Source: a virus. Taken from it: a stretch of 64,000 nucleotides of DNA. A program made the translations under genes and the position numbers. The notes under the pieces were generated by a model. That model searched no databases, was not told the DNA's origin, and worked only from the letters and a program-made list of their open reading frames with translations. Location: IMG/VR virus record IMGVR_UViG_3300045988_034366; one strand, 5' to 3'. Below are positions 53,546 through 61,412 of the stretch, in pieces (position 1 is the first letter of the stretch; every line of letters begins with the position of its first letter).

Positions 53546-55597
53546 TATATTTTGTTACTGGTGAGAGGAAGCTATTTGAATTTCCTGAAGCTAAGTATAA
53601 ATGTATTTCTGTAGAAGAGAGTTTCAATATATTGGAGTCTTTGCAGATTGTAGGTTTGGATACTGAGACTACAGGTACAGAGATATGGCAAGGTATGTTA
53701 CTTACCCTCCAGCTTGGCAATAGGGAGAATCAGGTAGTAATAGACTGCTTGACTATTGATGTCAAGAAGTATAAAGACTATCTTGAAAGTGACAGATTAT
53801 TCATTATCCATAATGCAAAGTTTGACTTGAGATGGCTGTATAAGGAACATATTGTAGTCAGAAATGTCTATGATACTTATTTGGCTGAAAAGATTCTATT
53901 TCTTGGATTCCCTCCAGGTATTGTATCTCTCTCTTTGCAGGCTTGTTGTGACAGGTATTTAGGTATTTATCTTGACAAGACTGTAAGAGGGCAGATACAT
54001 GCTGGGATGACAGAAGAGGTTATAGTTTATGCTGCAAATGATGTAGTGCATCTTGAAGATATTATGAACTTACAGCTCAACACTATCAATGCAAGGGGTC
54101 AGAAAGTAGCACTTGACATTGAGAATGAGTTTGTAAGGGTTCTTGCATATATTGAGTTTTGTGGTATTAAACTTGACCCTATCATGTGGAAAGCTAAGAT
54201 GGATAAGGATGCAGAGAGGCTAAGGGCAGCTGAACAGAAACTTAATGAGTGGGTAGTGGATTATGTAATGAAGAAGGGAGATACCTCTAACATTGCGAGA
54301 AACTATGATACTAACAGAAGAGGCAAAAAAGCTAAGCTGGCTGATAATGTATATGTAGTTATTCCATCTCCTTCATTGTTTTCTGAATATGATACTGGGC
54401 CTCAATGTATAATTAATTGGAATAGCTCCAAACAGGTTATCAGATTGTTTGAAGAACTCGGATTTGATTTATTGGTCAAAGACAAGAAAACAGGCAAGAT
54501 GAAGAAGTCTGTGGAGTCCAAGTTTATAGAATTGCAAGCTAATAAGAGTACTATAGTACCTTTGTACTTGGAGTACTCAGCAGCTTTTAAGGTAGTAACA
54601 TCTTTTGGCCAAAACTTCCTTGATGCAATTAATCCTGTAACACATAGAATACATCCTACATTCAATCAAATGATGGATACTGGTAGATTAAGTTGTGGCT
54701 CAGGTGGTAAAGGCAAAGGAGGAAAGACCAAGGATGATGATGTCGCAGAGGAGGAAGATGGAAGCAAGGATACTTCTATACAATCAAATGATAAGAGTGT
54801 CAATGTGCAGCAACTTCCTGCTACAGAAGAGACAAGAGCAGCATTTGTTCCTGAAAAGGGGTATATGCTTATAGATTGTGATTATGGAGACCAAGAGGGA
54901 CATGTATTCACTGAACTATCTAATGATAGGGAGTGGATTGCATTTTATAATGACCCTAATCAAAGAGATGGACATTCTTTTGTAGCTAAGATGTGTTTCC
55001 CCAAAGACCTTGATGGTGTAGAGGAGAAAGATGTCAAGAAAGTAAGAAAAGACCTTAGGTCTTTGGCTAAGAAGGCAAGGTTCTGTTTCAATTATAATGG
55101 CCAAGCCCCCACAATGGCAACCAATTGCAATATCCCCATAGACTTTGCAACTGAGATATATAACAACTACTTCAAGAGGTTTAATGGTATAGCAAGCTAT
55201 TTCAAAGTCCAAAAGAGAGATATGTGGGATAGAGGATATATCCTAATTTCAAAGATAACTGGGCTTAGGGCATACATCTATGACTATCCTATACTGAAGG
55301 GCATTGAAAGAAGAAAGAATGGTATGGAGGATTTTTGGGATATATATAAAGCCTCTAGGGATAGTGGCAGAGTAGTATCCGAAATACCACCAACTATTAT
55401 GCAAGAGATTGCCAAGAGGTTTGCTCAAGGAAAACCTATTGAAGAAATAGCTGTTACTTACTCATATAAGGTAAAGAAAGCAGGTAAAGTTGAAGAAAGG
55501 TTCATAGACATTAACAGGGAAACTGTATATGTGTCTGTGATGAAACACTTATGGAAGAGAAAGAGTGCATCTGATAACCAATCATGCAATTATCCCT
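53542..55597 (+). CDS. polA: family A DNA polymerase with 3'-5' exonuclease, exon 1
   Basis: Exo I motif VGLDTETTG, motif A LIDCDYGDQEG, motif B RSLAKKARFCFNYNG. The frame ends before motif C. Exon end is +/-3 nt. Confidence 0.85.
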
Positions 55598-55798
55598 TAA
55601 TTGCGGGGGCATATAGTAGTGATGCTATATGAAAAACTCAGTGAATTGCTGGAAAGCTAAGGATAAATCTATGCTAATCAGCAGCCAAGGCTTGTAGAAA
55701 TGCAAGTAAGGTTCAGAGACTAATCAAAGTAAGCTAAGGATAAATCTATGCTGAAATGGACAAGAGTGCTGAGTATCTCTTAATTATTTATTTACCCT

Positions 55799-55830
55799 AT
55801 TGGATAATTAAGAAAAAATTTGTATCTTTG
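55799..55830 (+). promoter_or_regulatory. Bacteroidota-type promoter inside intron (ATTG-N20-TATCTTTG)
   Basis: Located 26 nt upstream of the HEG ATG at 55856. Confidence 0.6.
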
Positions 55831-55855
55831 TACTATAAATTAAAGATAACAAATT

Positions 55856-56431
55856 ATGAAGAGATGTTCAAGTTGTGGTAAGTTAAAGGATGAGTCAGAG
55901 TTTTATCATTATAAGTCATCAAAAGATGGCTTAACTCACCAGTGTAAGCAATGTATGTCTGAATATAGAGCTTCTAAAAGAGAGCATTATAAAGAGTACA
56001 TGGCTCATAGGAGAGAAGTAGATAATGAGACTATAAAAGCTAATAGAAGAAAGCATTATAGGAATCATCCTGAGAGTAGAATGTTAATGGCAGCTAAGCA
56101 AAGAGCCAAGAATCAAGGATTAGAGTTTAACTTAACTATAGATGATATAGTTATTCCTGATAAATGCCCTTTGTTAGAAGTTCCTTTTGTTGCTGGAGAA
56201 AAAGGTAATTATGAATATACACCCTCCCTTGATAGAATAGACCCTACTAAGGGATACATTAAAGGAAATGTATGGGTAATTACCAAAAGAGCAAATACAA
56301 TGAAGAATAGTGCAACAAGGGAAGAACTATTAAAGTTTGCTGATAACATCTATAAATATTTTGGAGATAATGATATAGTCCAACCTATTGAGAAATCAAT
56401 AGAACTACAGGATAAAGAGCCTGTAGGGTAA
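55856..56431 (+). CDS. intron-encoded endonuclease (zinc-ribbon N-terminus, HNH_3-like C-terminus)
   Basis: 191 aa. The N-terminal CSSCGK...CKQC parallels the nrdD-intron HEG. The C-terminal LDRIDP..GY..GNV.VI...AN pattern is HNH_3-like. Confidence 0.6.
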   Translation: MKRCSSCGKLKDESEFYHYKSSKDGLTHQCKQCMSEYRASKREHYKEYMAHRREVDNETIKANRRKHYRNHPESRMLMAAKQRAKNQGLEFNLTIDDIVIPDKCPLLEVPFVAGEKGNYEYTPSLDRIDPTKGYIKGNVWVITKRANTMKNSATREELLKFADNIYKYFGDNDIVQPIEKSIELQDKEPVG

Positions 56432-56438
56432 TAAATTG

Positions 56439-56692
56439 CACAAGGGACAGCTGCTGCAATGACTAAGATTGCTGGTATCAGGTACTTCAATCACCTAGTC
56501 AAAGATGGTTTGATATTTAAGGTACTCATACCTAATGATGTACATGATGAATACCTTATAGAACCTCCTGCTGAAATAGCAGAGCAGGAAGCCAAGAAGC
56601 TGAGTGAGTGTATGGAGTATGCAGCTAGAATTTTCTGTAAGAAAGTGACCATCAAGGCTGAGCCTGAAATTGCAGACCATTGGGTGCATTAA
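56439..56692 (+). CDS. polA: family A DNA polymerase, exon 2
   Basis: The frame is open from 56435. Supplies QGTAAAMTK and motif C DVHDEYLIE. Confidence 0.8.
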
Positions 56693-56808
56693 GTGTATAT
56701 GGAAGAGTGTGAAATCATAGTAGGTGTAGTATCAGTGGTAGCCATCCTGTATGGGGTGGCTATACACTATCTTGCTAAAGAGGCAAGGAAATATAACAAT
56801 TTTAATAA

Positions 56809-57222
56809 ATGGAAACAAAAGTAAACCCTGAATATCAGAAACTGATAGATATTATAGAAGGAGTCTTATCTTCCTCTGTATTTAGTCAAGAAATGAAACA
56901 TCGTCTTCAAGTAGTGAAAGACGGTCTTATTCACTTAGGTTCAAGACCTAAATTGAGTGATAGTGTGGAGCAGTTCATGGATATTACCGCTAATATGGCT
57001 AAGACTTATGCAGCCAAGAATCATGACTATGGCAATAGCTTTGAGCAATCCCTTGATAAGTTTGGTCTGGTAGCATCTATTGTAAGGATGGGAGATAAAA
57101 TGAATAGGATTGAATCTCTCAGCAAGAAAGAAGCAGAGGTTAAAGATGAGTCTATCAAAGATACTCTCTTAGACCTTGCCAATTATGCTATTATGACTGT
57201 AATGTGGTTAAATAGGAGTTAA
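56809..57222 (+). CDS. DUF1599-like protein
   Basis: 137 aa. KNHDYGNSF...VRMGDKMNRIESL matches the DUF1599 pattern seen in phage nucleotide-metabolism modules. Confidence 0.45.
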   Translation: METKVNPEYQKLIDIIEGVLSSSVFSQEMKHRLQVVKDGLIHLGSRPKLSDSVEQFMDITANMAKTYAAKNHDYGNSFEQSLDKFGLVASIVRMGDKMNRIESLSKKEAEVKDESIKDTLLDLANYAIMTVMWLNRS

Positions 57223-57223
57223 C

Positions 57224-57367
57224 ATGACATTTATAATTCATTTTAAAGATGGTTATAGGGAAACCTATAGTAATAGGTATGATGAGGATGTAGAGCATGA
57301 GAGGGATGCAGCTTGGGATGATGTCTATGCTGCATTTCCTGATGCTGATTATATAGAATCATTTTAA
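57224..57367 (+). CDS. small acidic protein (below track cutoff)
   Basis: 47-codon ATG..TAA frame read by hand. It fills the gap between neighbouring genes. Confidence 0.35.
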   Translation: MTFIIHFKDGYRETYSNRYDEDVEHERDAAWDDVYAAFPDADYIESF

Positions 57368-57391
57368 TATGACTTTAATACGTTAATCATT

Positions 57392-57730
57392 ATGAAAGTA
57401 AAGATTGAAATAACAGAAGGTTGTACTAGTTATTCCTATACTATTAATGATATAGAATGGGTAGATTTAGTAGATAAAGAATCAGATTATTATAATCTTG
57501 AACTTGCTGATAAAGTATGTGAAGAGCTTCTTAAACAGGCACAAGAACAATATCAATTGCCAAATTGGATAATGGATTACTTATGGGATGGTTGTAATAC
57601 TACTTGTGAGCAATATACTTTCACTAAATTAGTTAAAAATAATAAAGACACTAAAGAAGAATATCTTGGACATTGTGGACAATGTGGTGATATGATTTAT
57701 AGATGGACACTTGAACTTGATATTTCATAA
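57392..57730 (+). CDS. hypothetical protein
   Basis: 112-aa ORF with a C-terminal CGQCG motif. Confidence 0.55.
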   Translation: MKVKIEITEGCTSYSYTINDIEWVDLVDKESDYYNLELADKVCEELLKQAQEQYQLPNWIMDYLWDGCNTTCEQYTFTKLVKNNKDTKEEYLGHCGQCGDMIYRWTLELDIS

Positions 57731-57769
57731 CTTCTTATAATAGTGAGCATTAATTAATAGAGTTTTAAT

Positions 57770-57943
57770 ATGAAAAAATCAATTTTAACAGCTATAGTAT
57801 ATATTATAATATTTGCTATGGAAATATTAGTGTACTATATATCTAAAGAAAATGCTATTTTTGTATATGGTCTTATAACATTGATTGCATTTATATTTAC
57901 TTTTGGTTATTCTTTAGATAACACTGAATATGTGAGATTATAA
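57770..57943 (+). CDS. small two-TM membrane protein (below track cutoff)
   Basis: 57-codon ATG..TAA frame read by hand. Strongly hydrophobic. Confidence 0.4.
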   Translation: MKKSILTAIVYIIIFAMEILVYYISKENAIFVYGLITLIAFIFTFGYSLDNTEYVRL

Positions 57944-58121
57944 ATATTAATAGAAGACTTTTATATGACTTTAAATGAATATTTATTGATAAGGTTTAAC
58001 AGAAGTAATCATCCTAAGTATAGGAAATATGCAACGCGGTGGATAAGAAATTTAACTTCAGACCAATTATCTTACTTTAGAAAAGAAATGATTAAATCAA
58101 TTATAATAGAAGGGTAAAAAG

Positions 58122-58304
58122 ATGAGTGGAATTAAGCTTATTGTTAAAACAAAGGCTAAAGAGACTCTGAAACTATCTAACCACCTAAGGACATTTCTTT
58201 TTGAACAGGAGTGTGGTGAATTGAGTGACTATACTCCTGCTCAGAAGAAAATCCTTAGGGATGCTTTGTTAGTTTTAGACTCTGTGGTCAGCAAGAGTAA
58301 ATAA
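58122..58304 (+). CDS. hypothetical protein
   Basis: 60-aa ORF. Confidence 0.45.
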   Translation: MSGIKLIVKTKAKETLKLSNHLRTFLFEQECGELSDYTPAQKKILRDALLVLDSVVSKSK

Positions 58305-58305
58305 T

Positions 58306-58596
58306 ATGACAGAGAAGCAACTAAAATGGCAGAAGAGGAATAGAATACTTTGGAGGTTAAAAGGTATGGTAGGCTTTTCATTTGAGGAAGGAGTACTTAC
58401 ACCTCTTGAGAATGATAGGCTGAACACTGCCTTTAGCATCATTAGAGGAGTAATCCAAGATTCAGTAGAGTCAAGTATTGAATTAGGATTTAATGCTAAG
58501 AGGAGGTGTCCCCTTTGTGGGAAACCTGTTGTGGAAGGCAGTGAATATTGTAAAAAACATAAGGAATATATGGAGGAAAGACAATGCCAAAGATAA
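58306..58596 (+). CDS. zinc-ribbon protein
   Basis: 96 aa with a C-terminal CPLCGK...YCKKH motif. Confidence 0.5.
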   Translation: MTEKQLKWQKRNRILWRLKGMVGFSFEEGVLTPLENDRLNTAFSIIRGVIQDSVESSIELGFNAKRRCPLCGKPVVEGSEYCKKHKEYMEERQCQR

Positions 58597-59042
58597 TTTT
58601 ATGCCGAGGTATTCAAGGTAGTGGTAAGACTACATGGGCTAAACGATGGGTACTTGAAGACCCTGAACATAGAGTAAGGTTCAACAATGATGACATCAGA
58701 AATATGTTGGGTAAGTATTGGGTCCCTAGTAGAGAAGGTCTTATAAAGGACTTAAGGGGTACTTTTCTATGGAACTCTATGTTCTATGGTTTTGATATTG
58801 TTATTGATAATATGAATCTTAATCCTAAGGAATTAGAGTATTATAATAAAATGCTTGATAATTGGAATGACCCTGAAGTAACAATACCTACTATAGTAAG
58901 ACAAAAGTATAGCCTTGAATTTAAGAACTTCTTTACACCTCTTCAAGAGTGTATAGAGAGGGACTCAAAGAGACCTAATCCAATAGGAGAAGAGGTCATA
59001 AGAAAGACTTATGAAAAGTATAAAGACATTCTGAAAGTATAG
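58584..59042 (+). CDS. P-loop kinase resembling the T4 polynucleotide kinase N-terminal domain
   Basis: 152 aa. MPKIILCRGIQGSGKTTWAKRW parallels the T4 Pnk N-terminus. No phosphatase domain. Confidence 0.55.
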   Translation: MPKIILCRGIQGSGKTTWAKRWVLEDPEHRVRFNNDDIRNMLGKYWVPSREGLIKDLRGTFLWNSMFYGFDIVIDNMNLNPKELEYYNKMLDNWNDPEVTIPTIVRQKYSLEFKNFFTPLQECIERDSKRPNPIGEEVIRKTYEKYKDILKV

Positions 59043-59043
59043 T

Positions 59044-59253
59044 ATGAGACAATATACATCAAGAGAGTTCATAAAGATAGTGAAATTTAATGGTTTCTGG
59101 TACAATAGGAATAATGGAGACCATGCTATCTATGTGAATGATAAGGGAAGGCATATCAGCATACCTAAGAATCTTGAATGTGTAATTGCTCGAAGACTAA
59201 TAAAGGAGAATAGCCTAGAAGTAAACATTAAAAGGAAAAGAAAAGATGTATGA
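59044..59253 (+). CDS. hicA: HicA-like mRNA interferase toxin homolog
   Basis: 69 aa. FIKIVKFNGFWYNRNNGDHAIYVNDKGRHISIPKN...IARRLIKE follows the HicA/YcfA pattern, including the catalytic-type His. Confidence 0.55.
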   Translation: MRQYTSREFIKIVKFNGFWYNRNNGDHAIYVNDKGRHISIPKNLECVIARRLIKENSLEVNIKRKRKDV

Positions 59254-59587
59254 TAACTACAATTACCCATTGGGAGCAGATAACCCTGATGCCCCTTGGA
59301 ATCAAGAGGAAAACCCTGAAAGAGAAATTGAAGTCACGGTTAGTGTAACTTTAAGTAAAACTATTAAGGTTAAGGTATCTGACTATGACATCATCAATTC
59401 TGGCAAAGATGAAGATGGTGAGTATTTTGAGGATATAGATTACTCAAACTGTGACCTTAAAGGTGCAGTTGAAAAGCAGATTGTATTACCTCAAACTGCT
59501 CACATGTATGTTAAGAGCAACCCAAAAGTGCATGAAGATTTAAGTAATTGGTGTGTTGATGATTTTGAAGTGAATTTGGAGGAATAA
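59246..59587 (+). CDS. acidic protein coupled to hicA-like gene (candidate cognate partner)
   Basis: 113 aa. Has an 8-nt overlap with the hicA-like gene. No HicB-like motif recognised. Confidence 0.5.
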   Translation: MYDNYNYPLGADNPDAPWNQEENPEREIEVTVSVTLSKTIKVKVSDYDIINSGKDEDGEYFEDIDYSNCDLKGAVEKQIVLPQTAHMYVKSNPKVHEDLSNWCVDDFEVNLEE

Positions 59588-59589
59588 TT

Positions 59590-59748
59590 ATGGAAAGATT
59601 AGTTGTAATGGACTTCTCTGATAGCAGTGTAACTATATATGAAAATCCTGAAGATAAGAGTACAGAAGAATTACTTAAAGAAAGGGGACATAATATAGAT
59701 GAATGTAGTGTTATGTTTTGTGAAAGTGTAACTATAAATTTGAAATAA
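59590..59748 (+). CDS. small hypothetical protein (below track cutoff)
   Basis: 52-codon frame. Its TAA overlaps the thyX ATG (TAATG). Confidence 0.4.
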   Translation: MERLVVMDFSDSSVTIYENPEDKSTEELLKERGHNIDECSVMFCESVTINLK

Positions 59749-60650
59749 TGAAATTGATTAAACCTTATTTTGAAATATGGGAACAGCCTACTGGTCTTGA
59801 AGGAGTTTATAAACAGATTGAGAAGGTAGGTAGAGTATGTTATAAGTCTGAGGATAAGATAACAGAAGATTCTGCTAAGCCATTTGTAGATAGAATGATT
59901 AGGTCTGGACATGGTGCTATGTTGGAGCATGGAACTGCGTATTTGGAATTTCATGTTAAAGACCCATCTGAGGTAGGAGAAGAAAAGTATCATAGTCAGC
60001 AAAGTGAACTAAATAAGCTTATAAGTAGGTATGCTAATAATAGATACTCTATAATAAAAGTAAATCATTATTATGATACTGTCTTCATAACTACTAATTA
60101 CAGGGTATTAATAGAGAATAATTGGCTCAAAGACTTAAAGTATATCTGTGAACCTACAGTGTTCCATGAGAAGAGAGCTACTGTACACTTTGTATGTGAC
60201 AGAGGTGTATCCCATGAATTTGTAAGGCATAGAGTAATGTCTTTTGCTCAAGAAAGTACAAGGTATTGTAACTATTCTAAGGATAAGTTTGGTAATGAAC
60301 TTACATTTATTCAACCCTGTTGGTTGGATGATGAGAGGCTGAAACTATATGGACCTTATCATACTATTATAAGGGACAAATCTCCTGAGAGTATCTTCAT
60401 TGCTAACTTAAATAATGCAGAAAGAGACTATTTGGACTTAATTAGTCTTGGTTGGAAACCACAAGAAGCAAGAGCTATTTTACCAAACTCCTTAAAGACA
60501 GAATTGGTTATAACTGGATTTACATCTGATTGGAATCACTTCTTTGACCTAAGAGCAAGAGGCACTACAGGTGCTCCACATCCTCAGGCTAAGGAATTAG
60601 CAGAACCTTTAATGGAGGAATTTGTTACAAGAAAGTATATTAATAACTAA
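59748..60650 (+). CDS. thyX: flavin-dependent thymidylate synthase
   Basis: 300 aa containing the ThyX motif RHRVMSFAQESTRY. Confidence 0.85.
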   Translation: MKLIKPYFEIWEQPTGLEGVYKQIEKVGRVCYKSEDKITEDSAKPFVDRMIRSGHGAMLEHGTAYLEFHVKDPSEVGEEKYHSQQSELNKLISRYANNRYSIIKVNHYYDTVFITTNYRVLIENNWLKDLKYICEPTVFHEKRATVHFVCDRGVSHEFVRHRVMSFAQESTRYCNYSKDKFGNELTFIQPCWLDDERLKLYGPYHTIIRDKSPESIFIANLNNAERDYLDLISLGWKPQEARAILPNSLKTELVITGFTSDWNHFFDLRARGTTGAPHPQAKELAEPLMEEFVTRKYINN

Positions 60651-60666
60651 AATAACTAAAAAGATT

Positions 60667-61296
60667 ATGGCTATTGAGCAAATAAATCAGTTAAAGCAAG
60701 GTTCCATTATTAGTGAGAGTTCTCACTATATTGTGAACAGAGTGTCAGGTTCTACAGTCCATCTTAAACACTTTGAAAGTGATGAAGATGTTCAAATTGG
60801 TATCAGTTACTTGAAGAACTACACTAATTCTGCTGACCTTTATGATACTACAGTGGAAGTGACTAAGGAGGATAAGAAGGATGGTACTCTTGGCATTAGA
60901 AGTATATGGGAGAATATCCATTCTGGTCAAGTATTTACTGTATGCTTCAAGAAGCAGGATAAGCCTAAGAGTAAGAGAAAGTTACAGGAAGAGATTGATG
61001 CTATTGTAGAACAGTTCTCAGATAGTATTGACACAGTTAAGAACAACAAGAAGGGTGTTGCAAATGCAGCAAAGAATCTTGTTACTGAGCTGGTTAATAA
61101 TCCTGTACTCCCTTATGAGGAAGGTGAAGATAGGGTTCTTAGAGGCTATAAGGTGCAATTTGCATCTAGGGATGGCAGATATGATTGTGTGGACATGGAT
61201 ATTGTCAGGACTGATAAAGAGTCTGGCATTAGACCTGTTAATATAAACACAATTAAATGGCTTATATTTAATGGTGTAAAATACATTGTTAAATAA
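60667..61296 (+). CDS. hypothetical protein
   Basis: 209 aa counted from ATG 60667. Followed by a terminator. Confidence 0.55.
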   Translation: MAIEQINQLKQGSIISESSHYIVNRVSGSTVHLKHFESDEDVQIGISYLKNYTNSADLYDTTVEVTKEDKKDGTLGIRSIWENIHSGQVFTVCFKKQDKPKSKRKLQEEIDAIVEQFSDSIDTVKNNKKGVANAAKNLVTELVNNPVLPYEEGEDRVLRGYKVQFASRDGRYDCVDMDIVRTDKESGIRPVNINTIKWLIFNGVKYIVK

Positions 61297-61305
61297 GTCA
61301 ATTGA

Positions 61306-61348
61306 TAAGGGAGGATAAGTTAAGTGCTTATTCTCCCTTAATTTTTTC
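61306..61348 (+). terminator. intrinsic terminator
   Basis: Stem TAAGGGAGGATAAG...CTTATTCTCCCTTA followed by ATTTTTT. Confidence 0.75.
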
Positions 61349-61357
61349 CCATAATAC

Positions 61358-61389
61358 CTTGTGGGAAACAAACATTTTAATTACCTTTG
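61358..61389 (+). promoter_or_regulatory. Bacteroidota-type promoter (CTTG-N20-TACCTTTG)
   Basis: Located 24 nt upstream of ATG 61413. Confidence 0.6.
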
Positions 61390-61412
61390 CACAAACTAAC
61401 AATTAATCAAAT

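Larger units (their letters stand above)
55598..56438 (+). mobile_element. group I intron with HNH-type homing endonuclease gene
   Basis: It splits polA between NYP and QGTAA. The 5' exon ends in T and the intron ends in G. P7-like pair CAGAGACTA / GATATAGTC, the latter lying inside the 3' end of the HEG. There is a 22-bp perfect direct repeat at 55654-55675 and 55731-55752. Confidence 0.65.

Noticed and set aside
47285-56438. Inteins as the cause of the split nuclease, nrdD and polA genes
   Set aside because: In-frame stop codons follow each junction. The endonuclease ORFs are free-standing, each with its own start codon and promoter. P7-like pairings and the exon-U / intron-G rule fit group I introns.
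59511-60002. 163-aa minus-strand ORF
   Set aside because: It is antisense to thyX and its upstream genes, and its product is low-complexity.
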